A DNA stretch of 64,000 bases. Origin: an uncultured delta proteobacterium. Its GTDB lineage: Bacteria > Desulfobacterota > Desulfomonilia > UBA1062. This document shows, one piece after another, positions 48,205 to 57,584 of this stretch. The notes beneath the pieces were generated by a model, which saw nothing but the letters and a program-made list of their open reading frames with translations, was not told where the DNA came from and searched no databases. The stretch spans positions 1 through 64,000 of the forward strand of contig CAVVYZ010000024.1 of NCBI GenBank assembly GCA_963752595.1, read 5' to 3'. Both the position numbers and the translations under genes were made by a program. Every line of letters begins with the position of its first letter. The stretch's first letter is position 1.

Positions 48205-49340
48205 GCGGGCTTTCAATCGCCCAAACGCAGATCCTCTCCGTTGGCCGGCCGTTCAGGTTCGAATCCGGGGACGTACTCCCGGGGATCGAGATCGCCTATG
48301 AAACCTACGGACACCTCAACGAGCGGAAAGACAACGCGATCCTCATCGAGCACGCCCTCTCCGGCGACGCCCATGCGGCATTCTATCATGAGGGTGACAA
48401 TAAGCCGGGCTGGTGGGACTGCATGATCGGCCCCGGCAAGGCCTTTGACACGGACCGGTACTTCGTCATCTGCTCCAACATCTTAGGCGGGTGCAAAGGT
48501 ACGACAGGCCCTGCATCCATTAACCCGGAAACAGGCAAACCCTTCGGGCTGACCTTCCCTCCGATCTCCATCAGAGACATGGTGGAGGCACAGAGGATCC
48601 TGCTCAGCCATTTCGGGATCGAGAAGCTTAAATGCATAGCAGGCGGCTCCATGGGCGGGATGCAGACCATGCAGTTCTTCTGCGATTATCCTTCCCAGTT
48701 CGAGTCCTTCATCTGCATCGCATCCGCGATGAAGCATTCCGCGCAGCAGATCGCCTTCAACGAGGTGGGCAGGCGTGCGGTGATGGCAGACCCGAGATGG
48801 AACGACGGCAAATATTACAACGACATTCCCCCCGAGGGCGGCCTGTCGGTTGCCCGTATGATCGGGCACATTACCTATATCTCGGAAAAGATGATGCAGG
48901 AAAAATTCGGGAGGCTGAGAAAAGACAGGGATTCACGGGCCATCTTCAGGCCGTCTTTCGAGGTGGAGCACTACCTCGATTACCAGGGGATCTCCTTTGT
49001 CAAAAGGTTCGATGCCAACAGTTACCTCTACATCACCAATGCCATCGACAACTTCGATCTCATGGCTTCCATCAGCTCCAAGGAGCGTTTCCGGGGACAG
49101 GGAAGGGAGCGGGGGATGAATATCGGCGAGCTTCGCTCCAAAAAGGGACTCGTGATCTCGTTTACTTCCGACTGGCTCTATCCTTCTTCCCAGTCACGGG
49201 ATATCGTCCGGCTCTTCACGGCACTGAACGTCCAGGTTTCCTATACAGATATCACGACCGAGCACGGCCACGATGCCTTCCTGACAGACTACGAGAAACC
49301 CTCGGAGATCATCCGGGGCTTCCTCGCATCGCCCGGGTGA
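48201..49340 (+). CDS. metX: Homoserine O-acyltransferase
   Basis: YETYG, HALSGD, GWWDCMIGPGK, GGCKG, GGSMGGMQ, FDANSY, TSDWLYP, HGHDAFL. Confidence 0.94.
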   Translation: MSGLSIAQTQILSVGRPFRFESGDVLPGIEIAYETYGHLNERKDNAILIEHALSGDAHAAFYHEGDNKPGWWDCMIGPGKAFDTDRYFVICSNILGGCKGTTGPASINPETGKPFGLTFPPISIRDMVEAQRILLSHFGIEKLKCIAGGSMGGMQTMQFFCDYPSQFESFICIASAMKHSAQQIAFNEVGRRAVMADPRWNDGKYYNDIPPEGGLSVARMIGHITYISEKMMQEKFGRLRKDRDSRAIFRPSFEVEHYLDYQGISFVKRFDANSYLYITNAIDNFDLMASISSKERFRGQGRERGMNIGELRSKKGLVISFTSDWLYPSSQSRDIVRLFTALNVQVSYTDITTEHGHDAFLTDYEKPSEIIRGFLASPG

Positions 49341-49358
49341 CAGGTCTTCGATCGGGGA

Positions 49359-50204
49359 TCAGGTTGTGAGGGTTATGTTGTCGATGAGACGGGTCTTGCC
49401 GACCCTGACTGCAAGGGCCATGACCACCCTGCCTTCGATGATATCGACAGGCTTGAGAAAGTCCGGGTCCACGATCTCCACATAGTCGATCACGCAACCG
49501 GGCGTCTTTGCAATCATTCCTTTCGCCTCGGATATGATCACAGCGGCTATGCGATCGCCCCCTTTCACCCGTTCTCTCGCATGGTTCAGCGACCGGGAAA
49601 GCACCAGGGCATTCCGCCTTTCTTCGGGACTTAAATACTTGTTCCGGGAACTCATGGCCAGGCCGTCTTCCTCCCTCACGGTCGGATGGGCGAGGATCTT
49701 TACATTCATGTTCAGATCTGCCGCCATGCGCCTGATGACTGCCAGCTGCTGGTAATCCTTCTCGCCGAAGACGGCGATATCCGGATCGATAATATTGAAG
49801 AGCTTGGCAACGACTGTGGTCACGCCCCGGAAATGCCCGGGTCGTGCTGCACCGCAGAGGCCTTCGGTGATTCCCTCCACGTTCACGTAGGTGGCGTACC
49901 CGTGCGGGTACATCTCAGGAGCACCGGGATTGAATATGTACTCTACTCCGACCGCCTCCGCCATCTTCGCGTCCCTGGGAAGGTCGCGGGGATATTTGTC
50001 GAGGTCTTCTCCTGCGCCGAACTGGGTCGGGTTCACGAAGATGCTGATGATGAGGTGGTCCGCCAGGGGTTTTCCTTCCCGCATGAGATCGAGGTGGCCC
50101 TCATGCAGGTACCCCATGGTGGGCACCAGGCAGATGCTTTCGCCCTTGTTCCTGATGGACTTCACCACTGCCTTCATGGTCGGGATGTCGTAAATGATCT
50201 CCAT
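49359..50204 (-). CDS. panC: Pantoate--beta-alanine ligase
   Basis: VPTMGYLHEGH, SIFVNPTQF, RPGHFRGV, FGEKDYQQ, GLAMSSRN, RLIDN. Confidence 0.97.
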   Translation of the reverse strand: MEIIYDIPTMKAVVKSIRNKGESICLVPTMGYLHEGHLDLMREGKPLADHLIISIFVNPTQFGAGEDLDKYPRDLPRDAKMAEAVGVEYIFNPGAPEMYPHGYATYVNVEGITEGLCGAARPGHFRGVTTVVAKLFNIIDPDIAVFGEKDYQQLAVIRRMAADLNMNVKILAHPTVREEDGLAMSSRNKYLSPEERRNALVLSRSLNHARERVKGGDRIAAVIISEAKGMIAKTPGCVIDYVEIVDPDFLKPVDIIEGRVVMALAVRVGKTRLIDNITLTT

Positions 50205-50209
50205 AGAAC

Positions 50210-51019
50210 CTAGTCCTTGAAGCAGTGCTCTTCGGCAGGGTACTTCCCTTCCCTAACCTCGGCGGCATATGTGCCGACCGCATCCTTGATGGTATCGAAG
50301 AGCTTTGCATACTGTTTGACGAATTTGGGTTTGAAGGCCTTATCCATGCCGAGAAGGTCCTGGATCACCAGTACCTGTCCATCGCAGTGAGGGCCTGCTC
50401 CGATGCCGATGGTAGGGATGTCGAGTATGGAAGTCACTTCCTGAGCGACTGCTGCAGGGACACATTCCAGGACAAGAGAAAAGGCCCCGGCGTCCTGGAG
50501 GGCAAGGGCGTTTTCCTTGAGCATCCTGGCAGCCTCTTCCCCTCTTCCCTGCACCTTGTAGCCGCCGAAGGCATGAACGGACTGCGGGGTGAGCCCGAGA
50601 TGGCCCATTACCGGAATATCCGCCCGGACAATGGCCTTGACCTGCTCGATCACCCTCTTCCCGCCTTCGAGCTTCACTGCCTGTGCCCCGGCCTCCTGGA
50701 GGAATCTCCCGGCGTTCCGGACAGCATCCGCTATCGATGTCTGGTATGACAGGAAAGGCATATCGCCGATGACAAGCGCACAGGGCTTTACCCTGGTGAC
50801 GCACAGGGTATGGTAGATCATCTGGTCCATGGTAATGCCGAGGGTATTGTTAAAGCCGGCCATGACCATGCCGGCGGAATCCCCCACCAGGATGATGTCG
50901 ACATCGGCCGCGTCGACGATGCGGGTCATGGTCGCATCGTAAGAGGTGATCATCACGATGCGATGCTTTCCTTTTTTAGCCAGGATGTCCCTGACTGAGA
51001 TCGCTTGCTTCATTGTCAT
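50210..51019 (-). CDS. panB: 3-methyl-2-oxobutanoate hydroxymethyltransferase
   Basis: ILVGDS, DMPFLSY, VKLEGG, GHLGLTPQ, TIGIGAG, DGQVLV. Confidence 0.97.
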   Translation of the reverse strand: MTMKQAISVRDILAKKGKHRIVMITSYDATMTRIVDAADVDIILVGDSAGMVMAGFNNTLGITMDQMIYHTLCVTRVKPCALVIGDMPFLSYQTSIADAVRNAGRFLQEAGAQAVKLEGGKRVIEQVKAIVRADIPVMGHLGLTPQSVHAFGGYKVQGRGEEAARMLKENALALQDAGAFSLVLECVPAAVAQEVTSILDIPTIGIGAGPHCDGQVLVIQDLLGMDKAFKPKFVKQYAKLFDTIKDAVGTYAAEVREGKYPAEEHCFKD

Positions 51020-51165
51020 CTCCTTATGGGCATAGGTACTCTTGATCTTTCATTGGTTCAAGGGAAATTTAAGCAGCGATATATCACAACAAAATTGCAG
51101 GAGCGCCAACTTTCGCAGGGAAGAAATCCTCTGCCGAAGGGTCTCCCGCAGCACCATCCGAGGAC

Positions 51166-51852
51166 TTACACGGTCTTCAGCCAGGAGAGGGTTTTGCCGA
51201 GGATCTTGGCGTATACCTCCTTCTCGGATACGCCGGAGGGCTCGGGGACATTGAACGAATGGTCTCCTCCCTCGATGACATCGAGGGTGCTGAATGCATC
51301 GGTTCTTGCCAGGACTCCACTGAGCTTATCGAGGTTACAGAAAGGATCGTCCGAGCCCACGAAAAAGAGCATGGGCACCCTGATGCGGTAAAGGTGGGAA
51401 TCCCGCAGACTATCGGTCTTACCCACTGCATGGAGGGGATACCCCAGGAAGATGAGGCCTTTTACCTGTATGAGGTTATCCGCCGTCACCTGGGATGCGA
51501 TTCTCCCCCCGAGGGACTTCCCTGCAGCGATGATCGATGAGGGCTTGTAGAGGGGATGATTCTTGAGAAATTCATAGGCCTTGACCCAGGTTGCTTCGAG
51601 CACGCCCTCGCTGTCAGGGGATTTCTTGTCTTCGTCACGATAGAGAAAATTGAACCGCATGCTTAAGTATCCGGACTCCGCCAGGACATTTGCCATGTGG
51701 CTGAGCAGGGGATGGAACATGTCGTTCCCCGTGCCATGGGCCAGGATAACGCCCGGGCTCTTTTCCCGGACGAACCGGTCGGGTACCGAGACAATCCCGG
51801 ATATCTTTGTATCCCCTTTGAATGGTACGAATACATATTCTTCAGAAGTCAT
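51166..51852 (-). CDS. Alpha/beta-fold hydrolase
   Basis: LAHG, RFNF, nucleophile motif GKSLGGR, GYPLH, GSDD, GGDHSF. Confidence 0.88.
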   Translation of the reverse strand: MTSEEYVFVPFKGDTKISGIVSVPDRFVREKSPGVILAHGTGNDMFHPLLSHMANVLAESGYLSMRFNFLYRDEDKKSPDSEGVLEATWVKAYEFLKNHPLYKPSSIIAAGKSLGGRIASQVTADNLIQVKGLIFLGYPLHAVGKTDSLRDSHLYRIRVPMLFFVGSDDPFCNLDKLSGVLARTDAFSTLDVIEGGDHSFNVPEPSGVSEKEVYAKILGKTLSWLKTV

Positions 51853-52115
51853 GCGATCTCTCCCCTCCTATCTTCATAAAAAGCTATCCGCTCATCCGCT
51901 CTAACACTATCCGAATAGATGTACCCTTTTAAAACAAGGTGCGGCCTGATGTCAAAGTAAAGGTATGGCATTTCGAGCGCGGCTTCAACGGGAGATTGCA
52001 CAGCGCATCGGATACTTTGCCTTGTTATATCCGGCCCGGCAGATCAGGAATGAAGTTGACCGGGCAGGCTCAAGGGGCAGGCTCATAGACATCGGAACCG
52101 GCCGGCCGTGATCGG

Positions 52116-53315
52116 CTATCTCTTTCGCGCTTTGTTGAAGGCCCTTTCGAGATCCGTGATGATATCATCTACATTTTCAAGGCCTACGGCGAGCCTGAAA
52201 AGGGTGTCGATGACCCCGAGCTCGTACCGCGCCTCCCGGGTGTAGTCATAGTAACTCACGGTTGCCGGATGGGTGATGAGGGTTTCCGCACCGCCGAAGC
52301 TCGGACCGATGAACATCATCTCCAGGGAATCCATGAACCGGTTTGCATCTTCAAGCCCTCCCTTCATCACGAAGGTCACCACGCACCCGCCGCCTTTCAT
52401 CTGCTCTCGCGCAATCGAATAGTGCTGGTGGCTTTCCAGGAACGGATAATACACCCTTTCCACATCAGGATGGCCTTCAAGAAACTTCGCCACTTCAAGT
52501 GCTGTTTCGTTCATCCTCTCCACCCTCATGGGGAAGGTCTTGAGTCCCCGCAGGAGCATGTAGCAGCAGTGGGGATCGATGAGCCCTCCCATGGATTTGT
52601 GGAGACTCCGGATGGGAGCGATCAGGTCTTTCCGGCCCAGCACGGTCCCTGCCAGGATATCGTTGTGCCCGGAGAGGTACTTGGTGGCGCTGTGGGTGAC
52701 GAGGTCGATCCCGAATTCCAGCGGCCTCTGGTTGATGGGCGAGGCGATGGTGCTGTCGATCAGGGTCATTACGCCGTGCTTGTCTGCGATCTTCTTCAGG
52801 AGCACGAGATCGAAGACGTTAAGGTATGGGTTCGTGGGAGACTCTGAAAAGATGAATCGTGTGTTTTTCTTGATGGCCTTTTCCAAAGCGTCGTAATCCC
52901 CGAAGGGAACTATAGTGCACTCGATGCCGAAGCGCTTCAGATACAATTTGCAGAACTCCAGGGTCTTTTTATAGCTGTCGTCTGTAATGACGATGTGGTC
53001 CCCGGTATGCACCAGAGAGAGGATGGTCGTGGTAATGGCCATCATGCCGGATGAAAATACCAGGCAGTCTTCCGCACCCTCCAGGTCGGCAAGCCGGTTC
53101 TGGGCAATGAGCTCGGTGGGGTTTCCATACCTGCCGTACTCGAACCTCTCCTTTTTGTTCTTGGTATATTCCTCGATATCTTTGCTGTTTTTGAAGATAA
53201 AGGTGGATGTCTGGAAAATGGGTGTTGTTATCGCGTCGGCATAATGCTCCCGGGGCTCACCCGCATGGATTGCCCGCGAGTGCATTCCCAGTCTGTCTTT
53301 CTTTTCCGTGCTCAC
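52116..53315 (-). CDS. PLP-dependent transsulfuration enzyme (cystathionine gamma-synthase / O-acylhomoserine sulfhydrylase family)
   Basis: PIFQTSTF, YGRYGNPT, FSSGMMA, ESPTNP, HSATKYLSGHND, RLAVGLE. Confidence 0.92.
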   Translation of the reverse strand: MSTEKKDRLGMHSRAIHAGEPREHYADAITTPIFQTSTFIFKNSKDIEEYTKNKKERFEYGRYGNPTELIAQNRLADLEGAEDCLVFSSGMMAITTTILSLVHTGDHIVITDDSYKKTLEFCKLYLKRFGIECTIVPFGDYDALEKAIKKNTRFIFSESPTNPYLNVFDLVLLKKIADKHGVMTLIDSTIASPINQRPLEFGIDLVTHSATKYLSGHNDILAGTVLGRKDLIAPIRSLHKSMGGLIDPHCCYMLLRGLKTFPMRVERMNETALEVAKFLEGHPDVERVYYPFLESHQHYSIAREQMKGGGCVVTFVMKGGLEDANRFMDSLEMMFIGPSFGGAETLITHPATVSYYDYTREARYELGVIDTLFRLAVGLENVDDIITDLERAFNKARKR

Positions 53316-53566
53316 GTCTCATCTCCTTTCCAATGCCGTCTTAATAAAACGAGGCTCGCCCTGCAAAGATACCCGGGCTATCAAAGATAATGGCTAATAT
53401 ATCGGTGCTTTTCCTGTCAAGGACAATCCGTTTTTGATTCCCTTTGCTCCACCGGAAAAACCGCCCTGAGAAGAAAGGGATCGCTCCCGCCGGAACCTGC
53501 CCGAACCCCACTTTTGGGATCAATGCTCTTGAATACGTTTCGAGGATTATGCTATCAGCCTCATAC

Positions 53567-54208
53567 ATGCAAACAATCGTCGAAACCATCAGGGATTTTG
53601 CCAAAGATCACTTTTCGGATGCCAAGTACAGCCATGACTGGGAGCATACCGAACGTGTGTACAAGCTCTGCATGCACATCGGCCGCGAAGAAGGCGCCGA
53701 CCTGGAAGTACTGGCCGTCTCAGCTTACCTCCACGACATCGGCAGATCCATCCAGGATACGTCAAAAGGGACACTCTGCCACGCCGAGCAGGGCGCCAGG
53801 ATTGCAGCAGGCATCCTCGACAAATATCCCATCCCGAAGGAGAAGAAGGAAAACATCATCCATTGCATCCAGGCCCACCGGTTCAGAAACAGCCATCAGC
53901 CGGAGACCCTTGAGGCAAAAGTGCTTTTTGATGCGGACAAGCTCGATGCCATCGGCGCCGTGGGGATCGCCCGCGCATATCTCTTTGCCGGCGAGGTAGG
54001 AGCAGTGCTCCACAATCCGGACATGGACCCTCACATGGCCAAGGCCTACACCAAAGAAGATACGGGCTACCGTGAATACACGGTCAAGCTCTCGAAGATC
54101 AAGGACAAGATGCTTACCGGCGAAGGGCGGCATATTGCACGTGAGCGCCATGCATTCATGGAGGCCTTTTTCCAAAGGTTCCTCAAGGAGATCCAGGGGC
54201 TTCTGTAA
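53567..54208 (+). CDS. HD-domain phosphohydrolase (start uncertain)
   Basis: SHDWEHTERV, YLHDIG, HRFR, FDADKLDAIGAVGIAR. Confidence 0.9.
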   Translation: MQTIVETIRDFAKDHFSDAKYSHDWEHTERVYKLCMHIGREEGADLEVLAVSAYLHDIGRSIQDTSKGTLCHAEQGARIAAGILDKYPIPKEKKENIIHCIQAHRFRNSHQPETLEAKVLFDADKLDAIGAVGIARAYLFAGEVGAVLHNPDMDPHMAKAYTKEDTGYREYTVKLSKIKDKMLTGEGRHIARERHAFMEAFFQRFLKEIQGLL

Positions 54209-54352
54209 GGGAGTACCCTTTCACTCTGTATTCCATTGTCATCAGAAGCGCTCGGTTCCGAGTGTTTTATCAGATCGGCAGCATCGAACCATGGCTTGCA
54301 AGTAAACAGTTTGCATGTTATGAATATTTATGAGTGTAGTGAAGCCTGGTGA

Positions 54353-55312
54353 ATGCATCATTTTCAAATCGTCACGTGGCGAGGCATGAGGCGCATACGT
54401 ATAACCCCCAATATCGAGTACCTCGAGCCTGAGGGAAAGAGAAAATTATATGCCTGCTCCGGGCTTGCGGTCAGCGGCCGGGTGAAGGTCGTCATCGATG
54501 GGAATCCGGGTAAGCACCGGACAAGGGATTTCCTCCTAGAGTTCAATCCCGATATCGCGCTGGTTTCTCATTATCACCCGGACCACTCCGCATGGTGCTC
54601 GCAGGTTCTGGAATACTCAAAAGCAGAGCTCATGATTCCCCATGAGGAAGAGTCCTATTTCAGGAGCCTCGATTTCCTCGTATCACATGCGGCGAGTGAT
54701 ACCGCCATGGAAAATCTCATGCGGGACTTTGCCAGGAATTTTCTGTCCTATCGGGAAGTCGAGACATTCATCACCTATGACAGCCCGTGCAATTTCATCC
54801 TGGGCGATATCTCCCTTGAATGCATCCGGACTCCAGGACATTCGCCCGGGCACACGTCGTTCTACCTGCCGGGGCAAAAAATCCTCTTTGCATCCGACAT
54901 GGGAATCGACCGCCTCGGGCCCTGGTACGGATGGAGGGACTGCAGTATCGAGGCAACCATCGAGTCGATCCTCACGCTCAAGACCATGGATGTCAAGATT
55001 CTCCTGACGAGCCATGGAGGGATCGTTACCCGGGATATCGGACAGTGCTGGGACAGGGCACTGCTGCATATCCTGGAACGTGAGCAGCGGATCGTGCAGG
55101 CCCTGGAAGCGGGGAAGACCCGTGAGGAAATCATTGAAGCAGGCGTGTGCTACCCGAAAAAGGAAAAAGTCAAAGAGCCCGTGAAGTCTTTGTTCACCAT
55201 GTGGGATTCGATCATGTTCGACCTTCATACGAAGCTTCTCGAAACCACGAGCTTGAACACTCTGTTCCCTTGTCTGAGGACAATATCTTCCGTATACTCC
55301 GGGCTGACTTGA
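54353..55312 (+). CDS. Metallo-beta-lactamase-fold hydrolase (start possibly 54386)
   Basis: SHYHPDH, TPGHSPGH, FASDMG, LTSHG. Confidence 0.88.
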   Translation: MHHFQIVTWRGMRRIRITPNIEYLEPEGKRKLYACSGLAVSGRVKVVIDGNPGKHRTRDFLLEFNPDIALVSHYHPDHSAWCSQVLEYSKAELMIPHEEESYFRSLDFLVSHAASDTAMENLMRDFARNFLSYREVETFITYDSPCNFILGDISLECIRTPGHSPGHTSFYLPGQKILFASDMGIDRLGPWYGWRDCSIEATIESILTLKTMDVKILLTSHGGIVTRDIGQCWDRALLHILEREQRIVQALEAGKTREEIIEAGVCYPKKEKVKEPVKSLFTMWDSIMFDLHTKLLETTSLNTLFPCLRTISSVYSGLT

Positions 55313-55324
55313 GAGGAAAATCCC

Positions 55325-55675
55325 ATGCACGAACTGCCGGTGACCCAGTCCATTCTCGATATCGTGCTCAAGCACGCCAAAATGAACGGGGTGAAGAAGA
55401 TTCACGCAATCAACTTAAATATAGGCGAGTTGAGCGACCTGCAAGATGAATGGATCCAGCGGTACTTCGACTATATCAGCAAGGGCTCTCTCGCCGAGGG
55501 GGCCAAGCTCAAGATCGAGAGGATCCCGGTGGTGTTCCGGTGCAATGCGTGCACGGAGAGCTTCCAGGTCCGGGTCAGAGAAATGAAAGATATCACCTGC
55601 CCTTCCTGCGGCAAGAACGATTTCACCCTCGTTTCCGGCAGGGAATACTACATCAGGGATATGGAGGCTGAATAA
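55325..55675 (+). CDS. hypA: Nickel metallochaperone HypA
   Basis: MHE Ni site; CNAC...CPSC Zn site; SGREY. Confidence 0.95.
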   Translation: MHELPVTQSILDIVLKHAKMNGVKKIHAINLNIGELSDLQDEWIQRYFDYISKGSLAEGAKLKIERIPVVFRCNACTESFQVRVREMKDITCPSCGKNDFTLVSGREYYIRDMEAE

Positions 55676-56343
55676 TGGACACCATACGGCTCATCGAGAT
55701 CCGGGAGGACATCCTTTCCGATAACAAAAACCTTGCCTCCGAGCTTAAAGCGCTTCTGAAAAGCAAGAAAACCTTTCTCCTGAACCTCATGTCCTCTCCG
55801 GGATCAGGGAAGACCAGCCTGATCTTGAGGACCATCGAGAAGCTCAAGCTTAAGTTCCGCATCGGGGTACTGGAAGCGGATATCGACTCCATGGTGGATG
55901 CCGAGAAGGTCGCGGCCCGGGGAGTTCAGGCCGTCCAGCTCAAGACCGGGGGATTCTGCCACCTGGATGCCTCCATGGTGAAGGCAGGGCTCGACGCCTT
56001 TGACCTGGACAGTCTCGACCTCGTCATCATCGAAAACGTCGGCAACCTCGTGTGTCCGGCGGAGTTCGATACAGGAGCAATGAAAAATGCCATGATCCTG
56101 AGCGTGCCTGAGGGCGACGACAAGCCGCTGAAATATCCTCTTATGTTCTCCGTGTGCAATGTGCTTTTGGTAAACAAGATAGATTACCTTGCGTCTTCGG
56201 ACTTCGACATGCAGGCGATGAAAGAGCGGGTAAAGAAGCTCAACCCGGGGATCACCATCTTGGAAGTTTCATGCAAGACAGGAGAAGGGATCGATCAATG
56301 GGTGAGCTGGCTCGGAAATGAAGTGGAGGAGTTCATCCGGTAG
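55675..56343 (+). CDS. hypB: Nickel-insertion GTPase HypB (short form)
   Basis: MSSPGSGKT, TGGFCHLDA, IENVGNLVCPAEF, VPEGDDKPLKYP, NKID; TAATG overlap with hypA. Confidence 0.96.
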   Translation: MDTIRLIEIREDILSDNKNLASELKALLKSKKTFLLNLMSSPGSGKTSLILRTIEKLKLKFRIGVLEADIDSMVDAEKVAARGVQAVQLKTGGFCHLDASMVKAGLDAFDLDSLDLVIIENVGNLVCPAEFDTGAMKNAMILSVPEGDDKPLKYPLMFSVCNVLLVNKIDYLASSDFDMQAMKERVKKLNPGITILEVSCKTGEGIDQWVSWLGNEVEEFIR

Positions 56344-56387
56344 CCCTTTTCTTTTGGGCTGAAACCCGATCACCGGAAGATCGGGTT
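56342..56387. terminator. Tandem hairpins between convergent genes
   Basis: AGCCC..GGGCT and AACCCGATC..GATCGGGTT. Confidence 0.5.
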
Positions 56388-56417
56388 CATGTTCGCCTCG
56401 GTGAGAGATCACCTGGT

Positions 56418-57038
56418 TTATCCCTGCAAGTACCCCTTGATCACCCCGTAAAACCGCTCGGCTATTATCTGGTAGCCTTTGTCATTCGGGTGGATGGGGT
56501 CGCTCATGAGGTCTTCACGCCCTAAGATCCCCTCGAAGAGGTTCGGGATGAGGAGTGCTCCGGTCTGCTCGCACAGCTTTTTATATTCCTCATCGAACCC
56601 CCTTCCGAGCAAGGGAACGTTTATGCCTCCGACGACAACTATGGCCCCTTTTCCCTGGATGCGCTCGACAATGGTTTTCAGATCGGCAAATGCCTCATCC
56701 CTGGGAACTCCGTTCTTCAGGTCATTGCCGCCCAGGGTAATGAGCACGATCTTTGGCGACCTGGACAGCACGTCCTTATCGAGCCGTTTGAGTGCCGCCG
56801 CGGTCGTATCGCCCGGAAAGCCTGCATTGACGACAGGCTCACCGATGAGGCCGGAAAGCTGCGTGGGGTAGTCCATCCCGAAAGACGCCCCTGTCCCGGA
56901 GGTCAGGCTGTCGCCGAAACAGATGATATTCTCCCCTAAGGGCTTGGTATTTTTTATCTCTGTGCCCGAGGGGAAAAACAGATAGAGCGCAGCAACGGCA
57001 CAGACAATGGCCAGTATCGAAAAGGCAGCCTTTTTCAT
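56418..57038 (-). CDS. SGNH/GDSL arylesterase (TesA-like), exported or membrane-anchored
   Basis: FGDSLT, NAGFPGDTT, LGGND, DPIHPN; N-terminal hydrophobic segment. Confidence 0.92.
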   Translation of the reverse strand: MKKAAFSILAIVCAVAALYLFFPSGTEIKNTKPLGENIICFGDSLTSGTGASFGMDYPTQLSGLIGEPVVNAGFPGDTTAAALKRLDKDVLSRSPKIVLITLGGNDLKNGVPRDEAFADLKTIVERIQGKGAIVVVGGINVPLLGRGFDEEYKKLCEQTGALLIPNLFEGILGREDLMSDPIHPNDKGYQIIAERFYGVIKGYLQG

Positions 57039-57175
57039 ACCTTTCTCCTAAAATTATCCTTTACAAAGGTCTCTTCGGTTTATACGGTTTTATTTCTGAA
57101 CAGGGCTTTATCCATGTCCCGGCGATCTATGGCAGGAGAAGAGAGCTCGGGTTTCATGGTTTTCTTGCAGCGGCG

Positions 57176-57553
57176 TTACAGCTTTTCTCCCAGCCCTTCG
57201 AGCAGTTCCGTGTCCTCATGGGTATACGGCGGACAGCAGCAGCACAGGATTTTTAAGGCTTGTTCCCGGGTATTCTCCACCCGGTGAGGGATGCCCGGAC
57301 CGATGAGGATGCTGTCGCCTTGCCCTATCTCGAACACCTCCCGGCCAAGCGTCATGAGGCCGTTTCCGTGGGTGATATGATAGATCTCCTTGCTTGTCCG
57401 GTGAACGTGAAGAATAGTCGCACGTCCCGGCAGTATGGTTGCCTCGGCAAGGCTGACAGGTGTGGATACACCCTGTGCCGGATGGATGAGCTCACGGATG
57501 ATCGATCCGTCCTTTGTAGTATATGGAGTGATCTGTCCGTATTCTGTCTTCAT
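57176..57553 (-). CDS. Cupin-domain protein
   Basis: TKDGSIIRELIHP, SLAEA, HVHRTSKEIYH, PGIPH. Confidence 0.88.
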   Translation of the reverse strand: MKTEYGQITPYTTKDGSIIRELIHPAQGVSTPVSLAEATILPGRATILHVHRTSKEIYHITHGNGLMTLGREVFEIGQGDSILIGPGIPHRVENTREQALKILCCCCPPYTHEDTELLEGLGEKL

Positions 57554-57584
57554 CCTCTTTTAAGACTCCCGAAGGAAGGGCTCG

